Source of the DNA: Octopus bimaculoides
Lineage: Eukaryota
DNA length: 64,000 nucleotides
Reading direction: 5' to 3'
NCBI RefSeq assembly: GCF_001194135.2
Contig: NC_069001.1
Span: 26,364,964 to 26,428,963 of the forward strand
Part shown: piece after piece, positions 37,265-49,010 of the stretch
Position numbering within the stretch: position 1 is the first letter of the stretch
Layout of the letters: every line of letters starts with the position of its first letter
Notes under the pieces: generated by a model
Seen by the model: the letters and a program-made list of their open reading frames with translations, nothing else
What the model was told of the DNA's origin: nothing
Databases searched by the model: none
Translations under genes and position numbers: made by a program

Positions 37265-38765
37265 ACATCGAAGTAAAATTACACACACACACACACACAC
37301 ACGCATATATATATATGATGTATGTGTGTGCTATCAGAACAAGACTATTTAGAATTTGTTCTGATAATGTTGATAGCGACGACGGGAATGATAACATCGG
37401 TGATATAATGTAGCTGATCACGATGATGGAGGTGGTGGTGGTATTGGTTGTGAGGGTGGAGACGGCGAATGCATTTCTCGTTTCAGGGTAGAGATTCACT
37501 CCCGCTGTGCATTCCCGTTTATTTTCTTCATGCTCATTGAAATCCCATGCTGAGAGTTCTTGTGTAGTTCATATGTGTTTAATTTTTAAATGCTTTTTAT
37601 TTCTTGTATTTTTTTTGGTTTTGTTTTGTTTTGTTTTGTTTTGTTTTTGCTTCTTTCATGCTGAGGTAATCAAGTTCACCTATCAAGCAGCCTAACAGAT
37701 GGAAGTGAATGGAAAAGAAAAAAAATATATATATACCCATCCACCCTCTCCTACCCCGACTCGTAAAAAAAAAAAAACAGAACAAGCACGAAATAAGAAG
37801 AGAAATAGAAGAAAAAGATAAATGAACAATAAAGAAAGAAGCTAAAAACAAAGAAAAAAAAAAGGCATGAAATAAAATAAACCTACACTTGTTCCGGCTT
37901 ATTCTGTCAATCAAAGCAGTTGCCGAGAATAAATAAACACAACACGTACAAGCATACAGAAATAGATAAGATGAAGATGAAGTGAAGGTAAACGCAGAAG
38001 AAATCTCATGTCTAGCTTATATATACATGTGTGTAAGTATATATATACGTATATATATGTGAATATGTACGTAAAGTATATCTATCTATCTGTTTGCTAT
38101 ATATGAACAGCTGCTCATATGAGTAATTCTGTATTCTAATAGTTCTTCCTAAATNNNNNNNNNNNNNNNNNNNNNNNNNNNNNNNNNNNNNNNNNNNNNN
38201 NNNNNNNNNNNNNNNNNNNNNNNNNNNNNNNNNNNNNNNNNNNNNNNNNNNNNNNNNNNNNNNNNNNNNNNNNNNNNNNNNNNNNNNNNNNNNNNNNNNN
38301 NNNNNNNNNNNNNNNNNNNNNNNNNNNNNNNNNNNNNNNNNNNNNNNNNNNNNNNNNNNNNNNNNNNNNNNNNNNNNNNNNNNNNNNNNNNNNNNNNNNN
38401 NNNNNNNNNNNNNNNNNNNNNNNNNNNNNNNNNNNNNNNNNNNNNNNNNNNNNNNNNNNNNNNNNNNNNNNNNNNNNNNNNNNNNNNNNNNNNNNNNNNN
38501 NNNNNNNNNNNNNNNNNNNNNNNNNNNNNNNNNNNNNNNNNNNNNNNNNNNNNNNNNNNNNNNNNNNNNNNNNNNNNNNNNNNNNNNNNNNNNNNNNNNN
38601 NNNNNNNNNNNNNNNNNNNNNNNNNNNNNNNNNNNNNNNNNNNNNNNNNNNNNNNNNNNNNNNNNNNNNNNNNNNNNNNNNNNNNNNNNNNNNNNNNNNN
38701 NNNNNNNNNNNNNNNNNNNNNNNNNNNNNNNNNNNNNNNNNNNNNNNNNNNNNNNNNNNNNNNNN

Positions 38766-38798
<33 letters not shown>

Positions 38799-38805
38799 CA
38801 TATAT

Positions 38806-38966
38806 ACGAGGGGTTTCTTTCAGTTTCCGTTTACCAAATCCACTCACAAGGCTTTGGTCGGCCCGAGGCTATAGTCGAAGACACTTGCCCAAGGCGTCAC
38901 GCAGTGAGACTGAACCCGGAACCATGTGGCTGGTAAGCAAGCTACTTACCACACAGTCACTCCTGC
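38806..38966 (-). mobile_element. Family B SINE 5' half (3' half runs into a microsatellite and N gap)
   Basis: The - strand reads CAGGAGTGACTGTGTGGTAAGTAGC...GGTTCCGGGTTCAGTCTCACT (A/B boxes), then CCTTGGGCAAGTGTC (CORE-like) and GGATTTGGTAAACGGAAACTGAAAG. Confidence 0.9.
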
Positions 38967-39320
38967 TGATAAAAAAAAAAGAAATACACGACAAAGCGAG
39001 ATATACTGTGATCGCTTGACAGTATTATAAACCACCCTTCCCTCAAATCACACCCATATCTTCTGAAGAAGAAATGTTGTGTCTGCAATAATGTAGTCCT
39101 AGATACGGAATTCCTTAACAGCTAAACAGGAAAAGATCTGAAGTTAAATCTGAGTGATGAAGGCCGTACAAGACACAAAACGAATTGATAGTAGTTTTGA
39201 ATTTGTAATCAGGGAGCTGGATGTTCGACAACGTATCTAATCAGATATTCGGCACATACTTACAAAGAGACGTATAACAGTAGTGCACAATTGTCATCTT
39301 TCTGTAGCTTTCTCATACAC

Positions 39321-39706
39321 TCGTTGTTGGCACTCCGTCGCTTACGACGTCGAAGGTTCCAGTTGATCCGATCAACGGAACAGCCTGCTCGTGAAATTAA
39401 CGTGCAAGTGGCTGAGCACTCCACAGACACGTGTGCCCTTAACGTAGTTCTCGGGGATATTCAGCGTGACACAGTGTGTAAAGGCTGGCCCTTTGAATTA
39501 CAGGCACAACAGAAACAGGAAGAAAGAGTGAGAGAAAGTTGTGGTGAAAGAGTACAGCAGGGGTCACCACCATCCCCTGCCGGAGTCTTGTGGAGCTTTA
39601 GGTGCTTTCGATCAATAAACACTCACAACGCCCGGTCTGGGAATCGAAACCGCGATCCTATGACCACGAGTCCGCTGCCCTAACCACTGGGCCATTGCGC
39701 CTCCAC
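39321..39706 (-). mobile_element. Full-length tRNA-derived SINE, family C
   Basis: The - strand starts GTGGAGGCGCAATGGCCCAGTGGTTAGGGCAGCGGACTC...GGTTTCGATTCCCAG with intact A and B boxes. LINE-like tail GGAGTGCTCAGCCACTTGCACGTTAATTTCACGAGC...GACGGAGTGCCAACAAC; a degenerate tail copy lies near 34120-34200. Confidence 0.85.
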
Positions 39707-40551
39707 TACAACGAATACAAAAACACGCATTTTCTCTCTTCTTCCCTCTCTTTCTATCTTTCTCGTTGTATTTACCATTCATACTTTTCTAACCTACCGT
39801 AGTAATCAATAAAATTATGAAAGTCAAGTAGAACTTAAGCGCTTTGTTCATTTAATTTAACTACAGCATACTCGTCTCCCTGATTTTCTTCCAGTGTTAG
39901 GTGCAAGAAATATCAATGTTCGCCCCACGCAGAAACTGAGGGAGCTACTTAAAGATATCGGTACATATTATGGTCATGGTGGCTAAAGTAATTTTGGAAA
40001 CCCTTTCGTATATTCAGCGGGTATCTCAGAGTCGTAAGCGTTTTGCTCCTTATTCGCTTCGATACACTCGAGTTGGTTAGCGTAGATGGAAGAAGTGTTT
40101 CATCTGCGCTCTTTTGTCAACCATACTGATTTTTAGTAGATTTAGCCGCCATGATTATTCCCTAAGGGATTTTCCTTTCCTGTTCGGCTTCCAAATCGAT
40201 TTTCTGCAAGAATGAATGCACCGATATTGCAGGGAGACTGCAGCCGCCAACTTAATTAGAGAATCAGTCTGAGTGCCACACTTCCTATTGAAGTACATAT
40301 TACGAGTAAAAATAGGGGACAATCGAATGTCATAATGGGTAGAGAGTCTGACAACATTCATTGTGAGAGCTTTACGATCTGAATTGAAATCAACACTAAC
40401 TTCATTTTATTCCTATACATCGCATTTTCTTGAATTATTTCCTCGTGAAGTATCTGAAGAAACTAAGTTCATTTTTATCAAGAAAATATGAAGTTACGTT
40501 TATGAATTTGTGTTGTAAGATTCCAGATGTGAAACCGTGCATTGAAACGGG

Positions 40552-40850
40552 TATTGTTGTATTCTGGGACGGTCATTTTTTATTTTTTTGCCTCCCTCCA
40601 ACAAAAAAAAAAAAACCAAACACTTACTATATATTCGTTATTCACTCGTTTATTACTGTTCTTATTCTAACTCATGTCCATTGTTCGGAAATCTTTCTTT
40701 ACATATAAATCGCTGTAGAGGTCACATATGTGTGATGAAAGATTTCCGGACAATGGAGTTAAAATAAGAACAGCAATAAACGAGTGAAGGAAGAATATAT
40801 AGTGCGTGTTTATTTGGCAGAAGAAATGACCGTCCCGAAATGCAACAATA
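40552..40850. repeat. Long imperfect inverted repeat (fold-back or MITE-like)
   Basis: Arms 40552-40697 and 40737-40850 are reverse complements, for example GGGACGGTCATTT/AAATGACCGTCCC, TTCACTCGTTTATT/AATAAACGAGTGAA and GGAAATCTTTC/GAAAGATTTCC. The loop is 39 nt. Confidence 0.9.
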
Positions 40851-43800
40851 AAATATATAATATTTTCTCTATGTTGGATGTCATTATTAAAATTAACAAA
40901 GCGGTGACCTGGCAAAATCATTTAGCGATATTTTGTCTGACTTTACTGTCTGAATGCAAATTCCTCCGAGACCGACTAAGCGTTTCATCTTTTCGGATTC
41001 CATAAATAACTACCAGATGAACTTTGAGCTTGATGTAATTTACTAGGATCCTTCCCCTAAATTTCAGGATTTCTGCCTACAGTGGAAAGAAATATTTCTG
41101 TAAAAAATTTCAGATTAGTGAAAACCTAGTGGTTTCGATTTGATTATGAAATATCTCGAGCAATTATGTTGGTTCATACTCTGCTTATTGTCAATTAGAG
41201 GCGAAGTATGATGTGTGAAAGTAGCAAATATAAGATGATGTTAGCTACATGTATATATAGTTGAATTATTAATAAAACATTCTGGAATTAAATCTGTTAG
41301 CCATCTTGTTTAAAATGAACAAAGGATGGACTCTATCTGTCTACTTTCTGCAACAGCAACCAATCTCTCCACTAATTTCAAACTACCATCTTGGAAGAGA
41401 AAGAATATATTAGATAATTTAATTTTAGGCACACGAACCCTAAGAGAAATGTGAGATACGTTTCGGAGAAAAAACAATTTTGATTTCAAGTCTTCTCATT
41501 TGGTTTCACCTAACCGGCAACATAGCAAGAACAACAACAGCAAAAGAAATCACCATTTGGGTATTGGTCAGCGATAGAATCTATATTCCGCTCTGTCTGA
41601 ATATTGTATTACAGCGTTTGCAATTAAATTTTCATATTTTCGGGTAAAAGTAACATTTGTGTGCTTAATGAATAGAAACTGGACGAAGGAACAAGGAGAT
41701 AGCTGATGAGGCTAGTGCAATATCGTTGTCACGTTATCTGCTATTTCTTTTATTAATTGAGCTTGTTATCTGTACACAGACCACGATGTTATCATGCATA
41801 TTTAATCGGTGGTCACTGTCAAGCGTAATTTTAGATATATGTTATCGTGCTTGTGAATATGAGAAAATTTCTATCTAATTTGAATGGTTGAACTCTTCAA
41901 ATATTACTTTGACCTCTAAAACGTCGTATTACAGTTTTCCTACTGTCATGAAGGAATATGTTCCACTAATACATTCCATGGAATGTTATATTATATATGA
42001 TAAACAGCAATTTGTGACACAAGACTGAAACCTATACACCTGCCAAAGGAACTCGCTTATTAAGCTGAAGATATAAAACTAACACAAAAAAAGAGAAAAA
42101 GCTGATATCTGAACTGACAGCGCAAGACTGACATGCGCTGTATAACATTATAGCATTGGCTACATTTTCTTTCTAAATTTCGATTCCATACAAGCATCAC
42201 GTACATGAGCAGGTTCAAAAGTAACATTTACACCTACATTAGCAATTAATTACAATATTCTGCTGCCATAGATGACCAACGTGTTACTTTGCAGTTGCAA
42301 AAGTTGTACAGCTCAGTTTTTTCATCGTGGATTTGCCACATATAAATACAATGTTTTACTTGTAATTTTGTTATATTTGCGTGGAGAAACCACAATTCAA
42401 CTTTATTCTCCCTTCTCTTTTCTTCTTTCTCTTTGTCACAAAATCTATCTATCTATCTATCTATCTATCTATTTATCTACTATCTATTTATCTACATTCC
42501 TATTCATCTGTGCATTTTTATCAATCGAGCAAACGGTTTATCAAAAATTCTCTGTAAGTATAATGTATCTATCTATCTATCTATCTATCTATCTCTTTCT
42601 TTCTCAACATTCGCAAATTTCACATTATTCTTCACACATGTACACCTCAATTTTTGTTCTTTTATTTCAAGACTTGAATCAGAACCTTCTTTGATTCTGG
42701 ATCAATTAGTTAGTGATACGGAGTTTCAAAAGTGATATTTCGCCTTTATGACAGAGTGGATCCTCTACTCATAAATACGAACACACATTCTTTCTTCGTT
42801 TTCTTTTTTTATTTTTTCCTTACCGTTGTCTTTATTTTTCCTTTGTAATTCCTACTGACTCCATCAATCTAGCTATCAGAAAAACACACAACACATTTTT
42901 GAATTACATCAAGCTTTGATCGTGGATCAACAATATGATACTCAGTGGCTTTGTAGGACCAATTACAGCGCCATATTTGACATGAATCAACATAAAATAT
43001 TCGCTTTGAAAATCAGCACAGAGTCATTCTTTAAATTCTCTTTGAACATACGTGTGTTGTATTCATAAACATACACGTTGGTGTTCGTGAGCATGCGTGT
43101 AGGTGTGTGTCTACATATGACTTTGCGAATATGAGAATATCTCACAGTGAATCTATATATATACACATCTTTCTCTAAATAAGAGCGACTGTATATCAAA
43201 ATATCTTGCATGTGTGCTTCAGTGTGTACTTAGGAATAGTATAAAAGCAGTTACATATTCGTATTGATCTACAAACAGGGGAATAGTTACTGGAAATGTT
43301 GCAGAAAATTATTGTTCAAATTCCAAATTGTTTCTGCCTGACAATGTTACGTTACCTATATCTAATACCGTGTGATATCACATAGACGCGCGTTTGCACG
43401 AGTCTGTGTGTGACTGTGACAGTATGTGTTTTCGTCTATATTTGTATGTAAAAGAACATACCTGGAAGTGCACAGTGCATATGTCGTGCAGAAAGGTTAC
43501 ATTTGTAGTGTGATATCATGTACTGACGAATACTAAAGGGTATGAAACGATTAAGATAAATCAGTACCGAGTAGAAATGTAAGTTAATTTTGGCCATTTC
43601 ATTTATATACACACAACCCCCCCCCCNNNNNNNNNNACATATATATATTTATTTGCATTGAAAGGGACAGAGTATAGTGAAAGAGGAGGGAAGGTGAGCA
43701 TGAAAAGAAGGCCAGGAAATGTGAGTGAGAGGGAACGAAAGCACACAAAGAGTAATGTACGAAGTAAGTATAAAGGGGCTGATAGAAAGAATAAAAGAAC

Positions 43801-43879
43801 ATAAAGAAAAATACAGTCGTACAAAATTTAGATACATACATATATATATATACGTATCTATAAATGTATTTATATATAT

Positions 43880-44300
43880 ATAGGTAGGAGTTTGTAGGGG
43901 AACATCGTCAAGTGGAGTATGAAAGCCGTACAGGAATACAAATGGTGATCTGAATAATGATATTATGAATGGCGGTATATATCGGTAGCTCGATGGATTT
44001 AAGCAAAGGTATAGAAGCCACCTTAGTTCCTCTAAGAATCCAAAATATAGGACATCCACCACATTAGCATCGTTTATAAACGACCGTAGAGAAAGAAGTG
44101 TAGAGTTAAAATTATGTTGGTCCATCTTGACTCATGCCTCTCCATTTAGAATTGGATCCACTAGATGTGGATTATATGTCAGGGAGGCATACTTTATTTT
44201 GAAAGATTTTAATCATGCTATGTTGAATAAATTTACTGATGCAATTCCGGCTTGAACGCAAACGATCAACTCGACGCTTTTGAGGAAGTTTGAAAATAAG
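43880..44300 (+). mobile_element. Penelope-like element, GIY-YIG endonuclease C-terminal remnant
   Basis: YIG at 43978, then after a frameshift FKQRYRSHLSSSKNPKYRTSTTLASFI...WSILTHASPFRIGSTRCGLYVREAYFI...LNK (43998-44255). This matches PLE FKxRYxxH..SF....Y..ST.LS.YIW....WSI.......CxLCxxEK.....LNK. Confidence 0.85.
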
Positions 44301-44967
44301 AATAAGAGTATTAATAATGAAAAGATGTAATACGAAATTGAAAATAAGGATAAAAATAATAATTTAAAATCTAAAATTTAAAATTTGTAATATAGAATTT
44401 AAAATACAATTGAAAATTATACTATAATTAATGAAATAGATACTAGTAGATATTATATTATCTCGCAAGGATGTAATTGGTACGAATTGAACTAGGGATG
44501 GCTAGTTTTGGATAAGCATGTGAATGGTATTAAAAATAGAATAAAAATACCATAATGGACTGGTCTGAATGAGACTTTGCACAGGTCTTTAACTGGAATC
44601 ATCCTAATGGATTAATATTCCTAACTATTATATAAAGGGAATAACGATAATGTCACAGATTTTTCGAATGTGAACGTGATTTGGATTTATTCGTTTATTT
44701 CTGTGTGGATTTTACCTTTATTCGTGGAAAGTGAGTTAAAGTAAAGGTGTTACATTCTTCGAGAAAAGTGAGTTACTGTTATTGTGTTGTTATTTTCAAA
44801 AACTGTTTTATTGCTCAGTTTCAAAGCAAATTGTTGTTAATTCCCCCGCGCGGGGAAATTTTTGTTGAATAGTTGTTAAAATGCCGATATATAAATTTAA
44901 ATATCTAGGTGTTTTTAACTATCCTATATGCTTGCCTTGTGACCTCTAAATTTTTAGTCCTCTATAG

Positions 44968-45261
44968 CAAGGGTTTTCAAACTTTTTGACTTGCCGACCC
45001 CTTTATATTTCAGGCTTTACCTTAGGGACCCCCTTATAAACGCTTATGAAATTTATACATAAATATTTGCTTAAAATAACATATTTTTACATTTATTTAT
45101 TTAACAATATTTAACAAATTGGCTTATTGTCAATTAAAAGATTTCGATAAAAAAACATATATAAAAGCAAATTGCCCATAAAAATATTTGCTGTCCGCGG
45201 ACCCCCTGTCTTGTCCTTGTGGAGTCTCTGTGGTCCGGGAACCACAGTTTGAAAACCCCTG
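44968..45261. mobile_element. 294 bp hAT (Charlie-like) MITE
   Basis: 16 bp TIRs CAAGGGTTTTCAAACT / AGTTTGAAAACCCCTG with one mismatch. Perfect 8 bp TSD CTCTATAG at 44960-44967 and 45262-45269. Confidence 0.93.
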
Positions 45262-46579
45262 CTCTATAGTATATCATATGAATTTATAATTGACTATGTC
45301 TTATATAATATCGAGGTTTTTGTATTTTATGTATATATTTTGTACTTATTTTACTTACATACTTTTAAAACTGCCTATGTATTTATAAATGTTTTTAAAT
45401 ACTTTTAGATATTTGCGGGCTTATAAAAATATATAAATGTGTATATGCTTGTATGTTATTAATATTTCAATTATATTGAGCTTTATGTTGCTTTATTAAT
45501 GTCGAAGTAAGTGTGCATATATTGAATATTCTGCTGGATAATAGTTTTTCCTCTAGTTTTCCGCTAGTATTGCTCCCATTCGAATTATAAATTGGAACTT
45601 AGCTCAATTTGAGCGCTTCGATTCTAGCCTGTTTACGAGTATTGTTAATTAATAAAAATATCTCTAAAATAGTATAATTTGTATATATGTATATATATAT
45701 GAATATATATATGCATATATATATGCATATATATGTGTGTGTGTACGGATGTGTATATATGCATATATATGGGTGTGTGTACAGATATGTATATACGCAT
45801 ATATATGTGTGTATGTACAGTTATGTATATATGCATACATATATATGTATGTACGGATATGTATATAAGTGTATGTATATATATGTATGTTTATATATAT
45901 TCATGTGTTCATATGTGCATATTTATGTCTGTACATATATTTGTATATATATGTGTACATAGACATGTATATGTGTATATATACACTCATATATATGTAT
46001 ATATACGAATGTGTTCGGGAAGGACGATGACCCAAGTTTCTCCGGTCATGAGAACCAATTTAATCTCTTCTCTTGGTTGTATCGTTGACTTCATTGTGTA
46101 TTTCGTTACCATTATTTCTTTGATATATATATCGGGATGTGATATGAGGTGGCACTTCGCAATCATTTCTCAAAAAGTAAGCAATCACAAATCTTCAGAA
46201 CATGGCTCGCTTTACATAATTACAGAAAACCTCCAGAGAACAATAAGCCACATTTATATCAAACCATTAAGCATTGCTACGAAGAATTAAGATCTAAAAT
46301 TTGAAGTTTTTACGAAGCTGATATGGGAGTCATGACGCTTATTTCTGTCCCTTGAGTAATACAATAGCATCACATATGAAGTTAAATGATTATTTAAAAA
46401 AAAAATCGAGTTTCCTTAAGTACACATGTTCCTCTGAGAATTTCACGAAAGATAACACTCATGCAAATATTCTTTTTCATGCACCACCCAAATTCGTATA
46501 CGTGTGTATGTGTGCGCGAGCATATGTGTTCGTGTGCGTGTTTATGCATATCTCTCTTTCACGTTTTCTGTCTCTCTCA

Positions 46580-46627
<48 letters not shown>

Positions 46628-46672
46628 ACATTTATATACGCACACATCACACCTACTTTCGTTGCATATATA

Positions 46673-47410
46673 CAGGGGTTTGACAAAATATAGGAAACAC
46701 CTTAAAATTTCAAACAAATTTATTTTGATATGGGGTAGGTTCGCTAAAGGCGATCCTACCCCACATTAGCTTGAATTCTACGAGTTGTGGACTCGTACAC
46801 AGTTTGAATTGTTTCCAAAGGAATTTGTGTCCGTTCTTCAGCTAAAACAGTCTCCTGTTCTTGTAGTAATAATGGTGGAATATATCGACTCCTTACTTGT
46901 TCTTCTAAAATGCACCCTAAGTGTTCAATACTATTGAGATCTGGGGTCTGTGGTGGCCAGATAAGATTTTCATCTTCACTAAAATATTCCTCGTGCCATT
47001 GAGTAACAACTTTAGCTGTGTGAATTGGTGCATTATCATCCTGAAAGTTTGCGTTTCCCCCCGGAAACAGTTCTGATACCATAGGATGAATTTGATCAGA
47101 AAAAATGCGTAAATAGTCTTAATATCAATTCTGCCATGAAGGGAAACCAATGAACTGGTGGAATTCCAAGATATAGCCACCCAGATCATTACAGATCCTC
47201 CATGTTTAACAGTCAGAAGAAGGCAGTCTGTGTCAAATGCTTCTATTAGCTGTCCCCACACGTATACTCAGTCGTTGGTCGGAAATAAGGTAAAGGTTGA
47301 CCCGTCCGAGAAAATAAAATTCTTCTACTGTTCTAGGGACCAATTCTGTAGGTTTTTACTCCACTCTGAACGTTTGCAGCGTTTGTTTTTGAAACCAGGG
47401 GTCTTCTGAT
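46673..47410 (-). mobile_element. Truncated Tc1-family DNA transposon, transposase pseudogene (DD34E)
   Basis: ILFSDGSTF (~47300), VKHGGSVMIW, FQDDNAPIHTAK and WPPQTPDLNSIEHL occur in frameshifted ORFs 46917-47261 and 46756-47082. Terminus TA|CAGGGGTTTGACAAAATATAGGAAACACC at 46671. The 5' part is missing. Confidence 0.92.
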
Positions 47411-48308
47411 TGCATACATATATATGCATGTGTGTGTGTATGTGTATGTGCCTTGGTGCATTTTTATGGGCGTTACTGGAAAAAAATCCTTATACATTTT
47501 ATAATAGATAATAGAAAAAATGCTTAACAATCTTTAGGTTAAATGCGATTGAAGGTGAAGTTTGCATTATGGAAGTTGAATGAATTGAAGTGAGAATAAC
47601 GCAGTAGTAAAGAATATTTGACAGTAAATTGCTTAAAAATAACAAATAGAAGACATTGATACAGTTTGTTTTAAATTATCTCAATATGAAGATATATGCT
47701 TAAGAGAAATGAGTTATTTCATAAATAATGATTAGTTAATTATGTCATCAATTGAATGTCTATAAAAAATATTAAAAAAAATATATAATTACATGAATAA
47801 TTAGTTAATAAACAAGAAAATAAATAATTAATTAGATATCTGAATATATCAGTGATTGTTTGATAAAACGAATAGTGTCCTAATTAATGAAATATATAAA
47901 TGATGTATTAATTATATAGCTTGATGTAGGGATGAAATGGGCGTGATGTTTGCGAGTAAAGAGACAGTAGAAATTCGCTGGAATTATTAGCGCATGGTTA
48001 TATGATCAATATATACGACAGTATAGAGAATTATAGTTAAGAATGTGTACTGAAATATCAGTTTTAACAGGTTTTATGCAGAAATAGGAACGTTTGATAT
48101 AGAAGCAGATATCACCAAAGAAACGATCATTGCATTGTATATATGTACAGTGGCAGAATCAAAACATGAGCAACGAGTATCAAATGCTGGAGGTGTCTCA
48201 TTACAGGTTTGCATGGTTGTGTGAGTGCTCAGAGCGACGCCGACTAGAGATGAAGTTTAATGTGTGAAAGTAACAAATATACAGTGATGAAAATTCTATC
48301 ATAATATA

Positions 48309-48348
<40 letters not shown>

Positions 48349-48369
48349 CAATCTGTGTATTATAACTTA

Positions 48370-48540
48370 TAATAATAATACTTTCTGCTATAGGTACAAG
48401 ACCTTAAATTTTGTGGGGAGGGACGAGTCGATTAGATCGACTCCAGTGTTTCACTGGTACTAAATTTATCGACCCCGAAAGGATGAACTGCAAAGTTTAC
48501 ATCGGCAGAATTTAAACTCAGAACGTAAAGACGGACAAAG
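48370..48540 (-). mobile_element. Family A SINE whose head is cut off at a mariner TIR
   Basis: GTCGATTAGATCGAC...TTTATCGACCCCGAAAGGATGAA...AACTCAGAACGTAAAGACGGAC, then TATTAGGTTG begins abruptly. Confidence 0.85.
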
Positions 48541-49010
48541 TATTAGGTTGCTCCGAAAATAATGGCCGATTTCAGAAACCTAATTTTTTTTCTGGAAAAA
48601 TTAACTATAGAAACGTTTTGGTTAGTTTTGCAGAAAGAGCATCGAGCTTTTTGATTTTCATTGGGCACTAGCAGTACCCAATTATCGAGCGTCTTCACCT
48701 TACCAATCTTCTTTAGATTACGTGAGACCGTTGCAATACCGACATGAATGCCCGAGACATTACTCTGACACTTTGACCTGGGTTTTGCTCAAATATTTGC
48801 ATTTAACTCTTCATTGTCAAGACTGCATGACCGTCCTCTTCATCTTCAAGGATCTCATCACCCTTATGGAATTTCTGAAACCAACTTCGTACTATGCGAT
48901 TATTGTGCTCTGCTCATATTGGCAGCAGTTTGGAAGGCATTGTGCCCAAGGTTGAACTTATGAACGAAAAGTTACTGAAAATCCTTTTTTTTTTTTTGTC
49001 ATGAAGAAGT
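48541..49010 (-). mobile_element. Internally deleted mariner element (N-terminal HTH half of the transposase plus 3' TIR)
   Basis: TIR-like TATTAGGTTGCTCCGAAAATAATGGCCG at 48541. Reading across frameshifts from ATG at 49002 gives KFNLGHNAFQTAAN...VRSWFQKFHKGDEILEDEE...VSRNLKKIGKVKTLDNWV...NENQK. This resembles the Hsmar1/Mos1-type WFxKF.SGD.SLEDE and WVPHEL motifs. Confidence 0.85.

Noticed and set aside
39291-39683. 130 aa ORF with complex composition
   Set aside because: It is the antisense reading of the family C SINE.
39620-39706. tRNA-like sequence (and similar SINE heads elsewhere)
   Set aside because: A and B boxes are present, but there is no closing acceptor stem or poly-T terminator, and the sequence continues into a SINE body. 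Not a tRNA gene.
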